From Rotaria sordida (lineage: Eukaryota), in the NCBI GenBank assembly GCA_905252715.1, contig CAJNOU010000143.1, positions 79,295-86,808 on the forward strand: a stretch of DNA of 7,514 bases, written 5' to 3'. The notes under the pieces were generated by a model that was not told the origin of the DNA, searched no databases, and worked only from the letters and a program-made list of their open reading frames with translations. Position 1 is the stretch's first letter. Each line of letters opens with the position of its first letter. The position numbers were made by a program, and so were the translations under genes. Of the stretch, positions 1 through 7,514 are shown in pieces.

Positions 1-230
1 TATTGAAAATTCATTCGGAATAACTGCTGTTTTCTGAAAACATCTGTCTTCATTGAAAAACAAATGAAATCAATACTAATTTATTGCAATCAATCAAAGA
101 ATCATAATTGTTGTAAAAAATAAAACCAATTTCATCTTTGTCACCCACTTTCAACAATAGTTCGAAATTAAAAGATTCAAACTGCTTTAGTCGATGAAAA
201 TTAGCTTTGTCATTCTATACGAGGACCGAC

Positions 231-605
231 TCATCGATCATGCGAAGGATGTTCCACATAATAGTTGAGTAACGATAGCATCTGTTTCAGTACTTTACAA
301 CAATCGACCGGTAGGAAATACACGATAGTGATTATGAGGCGAAATTCGAGTTCAATATAATGGTTTATGAGTGATGCTAAGAAAAAGAATTCAATAATTT
401 CGTATCTCCACAATTCAGAAAATGGACCGTGTGACATCATCGTTAGAGGGAAATCGTTGAAGAAATATGCAGCTATTTCTAAGAGAATTTTATCTTTGTC
501 GGCGGTCGATACAAAATTGAGTTGAACAAGTCGATGATCGAAGAAAAAGGAAGACACAAGGTCTGCCAACATATTAGCCATAATCATTTGTTTCTTCATC
601 ATCAC
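231..605 (-). CDS. Unidentified 124-aa ORF, possible exon or fragment of an unknown protein
   Basis: Open frame of 124 codons with mixed residue composition (HRLVQLNFVSTADKDKILLEIAAYFFNDFPLTMMSHGPFSELWRYEIIEFFF...) and no low-complexity bias. No family recognised, and no promoter or confirmed splice context. Confidence 0.2.
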   Translation of the reverse strand: MMMKKQMIMANMLADLVSSFFFDHRLVQLNFVSTADKDKILLEIAAYFFNDFPLTMMSHGPFSELWRYEIIEFFFLASLINHYIELEFRLIITIVYFLPVDCCKVLKQMLSLLNYYVEHPSHDR

Positions 606-1265
606 GAAATATACTGAATAATTGTGTCTGAATAAGTGAGACTGATTGATTTTCAGCCATATTTTTGTCGTATATAATTGTAAACTACCATGTACAACTG
701 TAGTAGATTATCGTGTCGCGTCTTACACTATCTAATAGAACCGTTCATGACAAATATGCGCAAGACACAGGTTTTTTTCTAGATTAATTAAAAAAAAAGA
801 CTTGATTTGACTTGTTTATCTGTAGTTTACAACTATTTCGCACGATGATTGCATATCATCGTCGTTTACAATCATGAACAGTTCATCTAGATGTTGAGCT
901 ATCGAAGTTTTTGTTCCATAACTAACATGTCTCCCACATCGTACTGCTATCATAAATATGCTATATTTATTCGATGCCAAATGAGATGCAGAAACATTGG
1001 ATCTCCTACGAAAAATGAACTTTAGTAATAATCTATAGATTGACGAAGATCTTTGCTGTACGATAATGCAATTTAACATGATATTCAGACGTTTAGGGAT
1101 TAAATATTAAACTGAAACGTCTAGAAATTTAATAACATGAGTCTTTTCTAGAATTTCTCGATATGAAACAATCATTATCAGTACCCGATGCCAAACTAAA
1201 TGGCCATACGTAATCAGTGCTTCCGCTGTATCACTGACTAATGTGTCTATTATCGTTGCAAGTTT

Positions 1266-1600
1266 AATCTTTTATCGCTTTGCGTTGTTGTCTGTGTCGT
1301 CCTTATTATTTACTCTTCATACATACTTCTCTCCACTATGATTTTTCTCTCGTTGCTTGTTTTTATCTTTTCTTCCTTTTGATTAGTTTTTCTCCCGACC
1401 TCTGTTACCATATCTCGTAGCCATCTCTTGTCGATGTTGTTCCAATTTATTCTGTTTCTATTCTTTTCTTTTCTCCTATAATGGCCTTCTATTCGTATAT
1501 ACTCGTCTCTTTTCTGTTCTTCTGTTCTCTTTTTTTTCGGATTTCTCAGTTTTTTCACCCTCTCATAGCGAGTGCAGCAGAAGAAATTTTCTTTTTTTTT
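1266..1600. other. Strongly strand-asymmetric tract (pyrimidine-rich on +, purine-rich on -), low complexity
   Basis: Runs such as tttttctctcgttgcttgtttttatcttttcttccttttg, tctattcttttcttttctcc and gttctcttttttttc. It accounts for the Lys/Arg/Glu-rich ORF 1310..1558 on -. Confidence 0.6.
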
Positions 1601-1852
1601 TGTTATTAGACTATTTTTTCACATCAGATTTGATCAAACATATTTCGCTTTGTTTTTGAAAAATGGAGAATTTTTTGTTGATTTTATCGATATATCCTCT
1701 TTGAAAAAACAGATATCGAACATTCACGTTTCATAAAAAATATGGAATACTCATAGTTACCATCTGTTCCATTCTTCAACCCCTCACAGAGACTATATAA
1801 TATGTGAATTCAAAACGCCACTGCTTAGCGCTTCCCTTCAGTAAAATATAAT

Positions 1853-1870
1853 TTTTCTTCGAGAAGAAAA
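1853..1870. repeat. Short perfect inverted repeat TTTTCTTC-GA-GAAGAAAA (contains TTCnnGAA, heat-shock-element-like)
   Basis: 8-bp perfect arms with a 2-nt spacer, read directly. Confidence 0.45.
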
Positions 1871-3650
1871 TACATTCACGTGATCCAAATGCAGCATGAT
1901 CAAGTATAGGAACGAAAATCTCCTTTAGATATAAAACTAAGTTTTCGAACAAAATTTTCGTATGTTAAAAGACGCGTGCACGTTATATCGAATTGTCGTA
2001 GTTGGATCCCTTTTCATTTATAGATGATAATCTCAATTTTGCCATAAAAACATACTAATAAAATCAACGCAAAAGATTATGATCGAATCTAACTTGAGAA
2101 AATAGCTTAATAAACATCGGAAATTTTCTCTGCTGTACCCGTTAGTTTTAAATAAAGTGATACCAGAAATCAATAAAATTTTTTGTTGTGTTGACGATAT
2201 TTTCATAATCGCATTGGCTGTGTTACATCTATCAATCCATTTCGAACAGAGTTTTGAAAGTAAGGAAAAAATAATTTCTGCTTTTGATCAAAATCACGCA
2301 AAAGAAAACTAGTTACTGTAGGATAATGAAAACGATATATATATAAGATAGATATTTTTTCGTGAAAACAGGATTCTTTTTACATGTTTAGATAATTAAA
2401 TTATGATTCAAACCCCAACCAATCTATTTCGTTGACCAAAGCTCAGTAGGTAAGGCGTCTTTGAATATGTTTTTTTTTTTAATAAAAAGAGAACTTTAAA
2501 GAGTCATTTGTGTATGGTAACAGGAACAATAGCTCCATATTTAGTGTCAAAAAAATGTAATATCTATCAAAATAAAATGCAGTACGCTTCTAAACATATC
2601 AAAGAGTGTATATCTAAATAGAAATGGATAGTTCTTCTTCTTTGAGTTTTCTTCACAAAATATCCGTTATTTTTTTATGAAACACGATTGTTAATGGATG
2701 GTGAAATACAATGATGTTTAGCATTATTTAGATAGAGAGAATACTTCGATGAATTTTATCAATATGAACACAGAGTTTGATGAGAATATATTAAAATAGA
2801 TTCGATCTCCTTCTCTCGATCAAAAAAGAACTGATTGGCTAGGATGCCGTATCTGTGGTTGGGAAGATCATTAAAGCAATCTAACAGGGTAGAAACAAGA
2901 ACGCTTCGGAAGAGATGAGCTACCTTCGAAACTATTGAGAGTATTTGATTATTCTCGGACAGAGTGGTGGCCTGAAAATGTTCCTTGGTAATAGTGAACA
3001 AGAGATCACGATTCAAGACTCGACCATAGCAGTATTAATACGCTTGTGTAAGAGTGAGGATGATCAGCGCACCTATGACAACTTTTGTCCGCGATGAGAA
3101 AACACTGTCTTTTAGCAGCAGTTAAATGATCACAAGGAACCGCATTACTAATTAGTTTCTGAGAATCTTGCAGTAATTATAAATATCTCAAATTTATTTA
3201 GAGAACGACAGTGAAAACGTTTGATCAAAACTCGAAAAGTATCAGAAATGAGCTTTTGTGTTTGCATTGTGCCGAATTTGACAATGATTTAACATCCTTA
3301 ATGCAGAAAGTTGATATCGAAATACTTCTTAACAATCCTAAACATTTTTTATCACTTTCGTTTTGTTCAAATACATAAATATGAATTCGTGCACAACACA
3401 AATTTATGAATGACATGACTGTTTAAGAGAGTGTATTTAACTTCAAACAACAAGATCTGTCAATAATTATGAAAAAAAAGTAGTATTCGTCATTCGATCA
3501 TGCTTCAATTTATTGAATTTTTTTAGATAATACATATCTTTTTGTTAGCATCATTGTCGATTAGTACTGTTCAACATCGAATAAATTCCTCTCTCGAATT
3601 CAATTTAAACTCATTCAAGTATCTTAGCCAAAAAAACTTGCCATTGATAC

Positions 3651-3664
3651 GATTCTCATTTTAG
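3651..3664 (+). promoter_or_regulatory. Candidate 3' splice acceptor upstream of the NAPRT start (5'-UTR intron or trans-splice acceptor)
   Basis: ttgatac gattctcattttag|acacg: pyrimidine-rich run ending in TTTTAG, 49 nt upstream of the ATG at 3714. There is no supported coding sequence just upstream. Confidence 0.35.
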
Positions 3665-3713
3665 ACACGTAAGATTCACATACATCCAACTTGAACAAAG
3701 AACTGAATAACAT

Positions 3714-5574
3714 ATGGCGATGACAGAACATTCAAGTGTTGTTTCACCACTACTCACTGATCTCTATCAAATTTCGATGGCCTATGCTTATTGGAAAAGT
3801 GGCAAACATCAAGAGGAATCTACATTCGATCTATTTTTTCGTAAGAATCGTAAGTGAATCAAATGTGTTTTCTGTGTCAAAATAAAAAGGTTCCTGTCAA
3901 ATATGTATGTGTATAGCGTTTGGTGGTGAGTTTACATTGTTCGCTGGACTTGAAGATTGTCTAAAATTTGTACAAAATTACAAATTTCAAACATCCGACA
4001 TTGATTATCTTCGCAAAGCATTACCAGACTATATCGAAAAGGAATTTTATGATTTTCTATCGACACTTGACATGAATGATATTAGAATTTATGCAATGCC
4101 TGAAGGTAAAATTATGTGTTTATATACTTTCTTCTATATTCTCTTAATTTGTCATTTAGGTTCTGTGGCTTTTCCTCGCTTGCCGTTGCTTCGCATCGAA
4201 GGACCTCTTCTTAAAGCACAACTACTCGAAACAACTCTTCTAACACTAGTCAATTTTGCCAGTCTAGTAGCAACGAATGCCGCGCGATTTCGCACGGCGG
4301 TAGAACCCCAAAAAATATTACATGAATTCGGTCTCCGACGTGCACAAGGTCCAGATGGAGGTCTTAGTGCCTCCAAATATTGTTATTTAGGTGGATTTGA
4401 TGGTACGTCAAATGTACTAGCTGGTAAACTATACGGAATTCCCATTCGAGGTAAACATCTATGATAAAAAATTTGCCACTCTCCTAACTTTTGAAATTAG
4501 GAACACATGCACATGCTTTCGTTAGTTCATATCAAAATCTTGAGGAGCTGAAAGTTCGAGAATTATCCGATCGAATCACTGGTGAATCACGTCCATTTGC
4601 TCAGTTGTGCTTGAAATATCTCGATGAACTTGGTTCAATACTCAAAATCTTTCCTGACCAAACTAGCAAAGGCGAATTGGCTGCATTTATTGCCTATGCT
4701 ATCTCGTTTCCTTCTGGTTTCTTGGCTTTGGTCGACACATACGATGTTCTCAAGTCCGGTGTTCCAAATTTCTTGGCTGTCGCTCTTGCATTACACGAAT
4801 GCAATTATCAAGCACTTGGTCTTCGTTTGGACTCCGGTGACTTGGCCTATTTATCATTGAGAGTACGAGCGAATTTTGTTGAAGTTGCTCAAAAATTCAA
4901 TCTATCTTACATCGAACATTTGAATATCGTAGCAAGTAATGATATCAATGAGGATACACTACATTCATTGGAAAAACAAGGACATGCAATTGACACATTC
5001 GGTATTGGAACACATTTAGTCACATGTCAAAAACAACCTGCACTTGGTTGTGTCTATAAATTAGTCGAAGTAAGTGTCTATTAGTCGAGAAAAAAAAGTC
5101 ATAAGAGTTGAAAACTATTCATTATTCTCGGTTCAGTTGAATGGAAAACCATGCATCAAAGTAAGTCAAGATATCGAAAAAGTGACAATACCTGGTCGAA
5201 AGAATGTTTACCGATTCTACGATAGTAACGGTGAAGCTTTATGCGACTTGATGACTACAACTGACGAATCAGAACCGATACCTGGCACTCGAATGCTCTG
5301 TCGACATCCATTTTCTGAAACGAAACGTGCCTATGTTACACCAACAACGGTGCAAACTATGTATAAATTGTATTGGGCTAATGGTCAAATTCAACATGCA
5401 TTACCGACATGGCAAGAAGTTCGTATTTATGCCCAACAACAAATCAAAACAGTGCGTAAAGATCATCGACGAAATCTTAATCCGACGCCGTACAAGGTCT
5501 CTGTTACCGATCATCTCTATTTGTTCTTACATCGACTCTGGATGAATAGCGTACCGATTGGTGAACTTGCCTAA
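3714..5574 (+). CDS. NAPRT: Nicotinate phosphoribosyltransferase (Preiss-Handler NAD salvage), complete, spliced: join(3714..3849,3917..4105,4160..4450,4501..5069,5137..5574), 540 aa
   Basis: Conceptual splicing gives one continuous frame from ATG ([63 protein letters not shown]...) to TAA (...NSVPIGELA*). It contains stretches typical of animal NAPRT: LLTDLYQ.(S/T)[150 protein letters not shown]. Every junction is GT...AG and keeps the frame (phases 1,1,1,0). Total length is close to the human enzyme. Confidence 0.96.
3850..3916 (+). other. NAPRT intron 1 (67 nt, phase 1)
   Basis: AAT C|gtaagt...gtatag|CG TTT GGT GGT GAG restores FFRKN-PFGGE, the conserved family sequence. Confidence 0.93.
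4106..4159 (+). other. NAPRT intron 2 (54 nt, phase 1, length divisible by 3, no in-frame stop)
   Basis: CCT GAA G|gtaaaatt...catttag|GT TCT GTG restores MPEG-SVAFPR. The ORF track reads straight through it as [18 protein letters not shown], which does not resemble the conserved family sequence. Confidence 0.9.
4451..4500 (+). other. NAPRT intron 3 (50 nt, phase 1)
   Basis: ATT CGA G|gtaaacatct...tgaaattag|GA ACA CAT GCA CAT GCT restores [11 protein letters not shown]. Confidence 0.92.
5070..5136 (+). other. NAPRT intron 4 (67 nt, phase 0)
   Basis: TTA GTC GAA|gtaagt...ctcggttcag|TTG AAT GGA AAA joins CVYKLVE to [22 protein letters not shown], matching the family's C-terminal region. Confidence 0.92.
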
Positions 5575-6277
5575 TAATAGAATCAAAGAACAAATGAGAA
5601 CTCAAGACTTGAACTGGAATGAACTGATTGACTGCTGTTCGTGTTTATGTACTTTAGTCTTTTTCATTTGTATTTCATCTGCTACACCTTAGAATACATA
5701 TTAGCTCTCTAGTTCATGCCTACGTATTCCTTTCTTTCTTTCTTGCCTATATTGTTATGTCGTTGATTATGTTACGTATGAGCAAAACGTATAGAATGAA
5801 GAGCAAGTTACTTTTCTAATAATAAGTGATTCTTTTTCAATTATTCATTCAAAACTTTAGAATTGTTGTATTGAAACTTCGACTAGATTATGACGAACAC
5901 CAATTACAAACGGAACAATCTATCAATCACATTAAAATTATTTCAAAATAATGTTACATTAAACAATCGATAGTATTATTATACCAAATGTACGTAGTAT
6001 AGAAGTAGGGTGTGGGTATGGATGTTAGTCCTCTCTTCAACCATATCCATATCCAAAGTCACATCCTCAATTTAACTTTGAGAAGTGTAAAATTTTTTCT
6101 CATTTTGTAACAATTCCTCCGGAAAAATTTTCGCACATCTACAAAAAAAAACCATGTATTTTCGATTTGTGCTCAGAGAAAATGATTAAAAACAAAGCTT
6201 TTTGCTCGAAAAATATTTCAAACTCGTCGGATACGATTAAGCTATGGATAGAGAAATCCTAACGATGTACTTATGAA

Positions 6278-6298
6278 GGGTGTGGGTGTGGGTACGGG
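6278..6298 (+). repeat. TGTGGG-like microrepeat forming a perfect G3N3G3N3G3N3G3 quadruplex motif
   Basis: ggg tgt ggg tgt ggg tac ggg read directly at 6278-6298. Confidence 0.85.
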
Positions 6299-6348
6299 CG
6301 TACTTCTTCTCTTCATCCACACCCAGAACAACATGTACACCCACACCC
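6278..6348. repeat. Inverted repeat with 12-bp perfect arms: gggtgtgggtgt (6278-6289) / acacccacaccc (6337-6348)
   Basis: The right arm is the exact reverse complement of the left arm. A shorter related C-rich block, atccacaccca (6315-6325), lies between them. Confidence 0.85.
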
Positions 6349-6363
6349 AAGGGGGAAAAAACT

Positions 6364-6515
6364 ATTCGGGCATTCGGATCCATTCCATCCATTCCCATCC
6401 ATTCTCATCCATTCCCATCCATTCTCATCCATTCCCATCCATTCCCATCCATTCCCATCCATTCTCATCCATTCTCATCCATTCTCATCCATTCCCATCC
6501 ATTCCCACCCATTCC
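6364..6515. repeat. Minisatellite with a 10-bp unit attcYcatcc: 12 near-perfect units at 6391-6510 plus degenerate edge units
   Basis: Units begin at 6391, 6401 ... 6501 in exact 10-bp register. The only variation is C/T at position 5, plus one T-to-C change (attcccaccc) in the last unit. The left edge decays through attcgggc, attcggatcc and attccatcc. Confidence 0.95.
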
Positions 6516-7514
6516 TTGATTCTCAAATATATTTCTGGCTTTCTTAAATTGTCGAAATTGTATGATAAGAATGCATTTTTTTCCTTAGATTGTCTATCTT
6601 CTACTGACCGAAGTCAAAATATTTTATGTCATATTGATGACTGTTTCACAACAGATTGCATTTAATACTATGAGAATAAGTCTTTAAATTCAGCAATGCT
6701 CTAAACGATTGTATATACTGTAGAAATTAATATAAGAGAGGGAAGAACTCACCCTAACATTTCTGATCACTTTCAGCTAATTCAAGTAACTATCATTTCT
6801 TCATATCTAATCAAGTACATTTTTATCATGTGTAAGTGATTTTACACGGTAATATGGCCATGTATTTTATATTTAGATAATCGTTCGAAAAATGCTGTTA
6901 AAATCAACCCATACAGATACAGTGCATCAGATAAACTTTTCCATTTACCTTTTAGTATATTGAAATAAGAATATGCTGTACTAAGAAACAGTGATTGTTA
7001 ATAATTAAACTCGTCAACGATAAACTATTTCAAATTTTTTTCCTATTATTAGTAGTAAAATAAAAAACTTTAGATCCTTTTAAATAATGATTATTAATCA
7101 TCGCAATTCGTAGTGATTCTTGTTTAATAATATTTATATATTCAAAGTGAAATAGAAGATTTGTTGACTTAGCAGATAATACTCAGTTTTTAATGCCATT
7201 GTAACTTTTTACATTAAAGTGTAAGTAATATTTTGAATTCAAATAGATAAAATATCGATGAATACGTTCAGAAACTTTTTAAATATTTCTAATATAAGAT
7301 AATCAAAAAAAGTCTGTCTCCTATCTCGAAAAAGATTATGTTAAACGTCACAAAAAAGAAGCATTTTATCGAGTATAAAAAATGCATTTTTTTACTTATG
7401 ACAAATAGCCAACGAAATTGAACAAAAAAAAGATAATTATTAATTTTTGTGGAACTCACATATGTTTTCGAAGAAAATAGTGAGTGTAAGTTTTAAGTTC
7501 GAGTTTTGGCGGCT

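Noticed and set aside
816-1079. Minus-strand ORF of 87 aa
   Set aside because: Short, no recognisable family and no splice or promoter context. Its length is unremarkable.
1087-1122. Small inverted repeat AGACGTTT ... AAACGTCT
   Set aside because: 8-bp arms with a 20-nt loop are not unusual at this scale, and there is no terminator or element context.
2405-2458. tRNA-like boxes in reversed order: gattcaaacccc (B-box/T-arm-like) then gctcagtaggtaaggcg (A-box/D-arm-like), suggesting a permuted tRNA or tRNA-derived SINE
   Set aside because: The T-stem 5' half (GGGG) and D-stem pairing are absent and I could not form an acceptor stem. Probably chance or a very decayed tRNA-derived fragment. A tRNAscan-SE/Infernal run would settle it.
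2759-3016. Minus-strand ORF of 85 aa
   Set aside because: No recognisable family. The opposite strand of the same segment looks equally coding-like but broken by stops, so this frame is not supported as a gene.
3225-3416. Minus-strand ORF of 63 aa
   Set aside because: Too short, with no supporting context.
4152-4376. Minus-strand ORF of 74 aa ([16 protein letters not shown]...)
   Set aside because: Shadow ORF antisense to NAPRT exon 3, explained by codon composition of the real gene.
4624-4860. Overlapping + strand ORF of 78 aa in an alternate frame
   Set aside because: Lies wholly inside NAPRT exon 4, whose frame is strongly supported by family similarity.
5327-5545. Overlapping + strand ORF of 72 aa in an alternate frame
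   Set aside because: Lies wholly inside NAPRT exon 5, with no family resemblance.
6273-6665. Two overlapping + strand ORFs (130 aa and 79 aa) with IHSHPFPSIP / SIPIHSHPF repeats
   Set aside because: The repetitive peptides are translations of the 10-bp minisatellite. 10-bp units cycle through all frames, so open frames arise without selection. No independent coding evidence.
7087-7101. Palindrome ATGATTATTAATCAT
   Set aside because: Short AT-rich palindromes are expected by chance here. The possible homeodomain-site reading is unsupported.
1-7514. CRISPR arrays, bacterial operons, phage or defence systems
   Set aside because: No spaced direct repeats with unique spacers and no bacterial-style gene packing. 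The one clear gene is intron-containing and eukaryotic.

Overview
This 7.5 kb, AT-rich window looks eukaryotic (probably a small-genome invertebrate). The one well-supported gene is a complete five-exon nicotinate phosphoribosyltransferase (NAPRT) gene on the + strand. I reconstruct it as join(3714..3849, 3917..4105, 4160..4450, 4501..5069, 5137..5574), which is 1623 nt and encodes 540 aa. It is interrupted by four tiny GT-AG introns of 67, 54, 50 and 67 nt. The ORF track shows it only as three separate pieces and misses exon 1. About 700 bp downstream is a GC-rich cluster. It holds a perfect four-tract G-quadruplex motif made of TGTGGG-like repeats, an inverted copy of that motif, a diverged second copy of the module about 270 bp upstream, and a 10-bp minisatellite (attcYcatcc)n. 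The first 3.6 kb and last 0.9 kb contain no gene I can identify. Several ORFs there are weak or look spurious. Short introns and TGTGGG-like motifs would fit a bdelloid rotifer, but that is inference. I found no convincing new multi-gene system. The most unusual features are the stopless 54-nt intron, the G4/inverted telomere-like cluster and the C/T-coded minisatellite.
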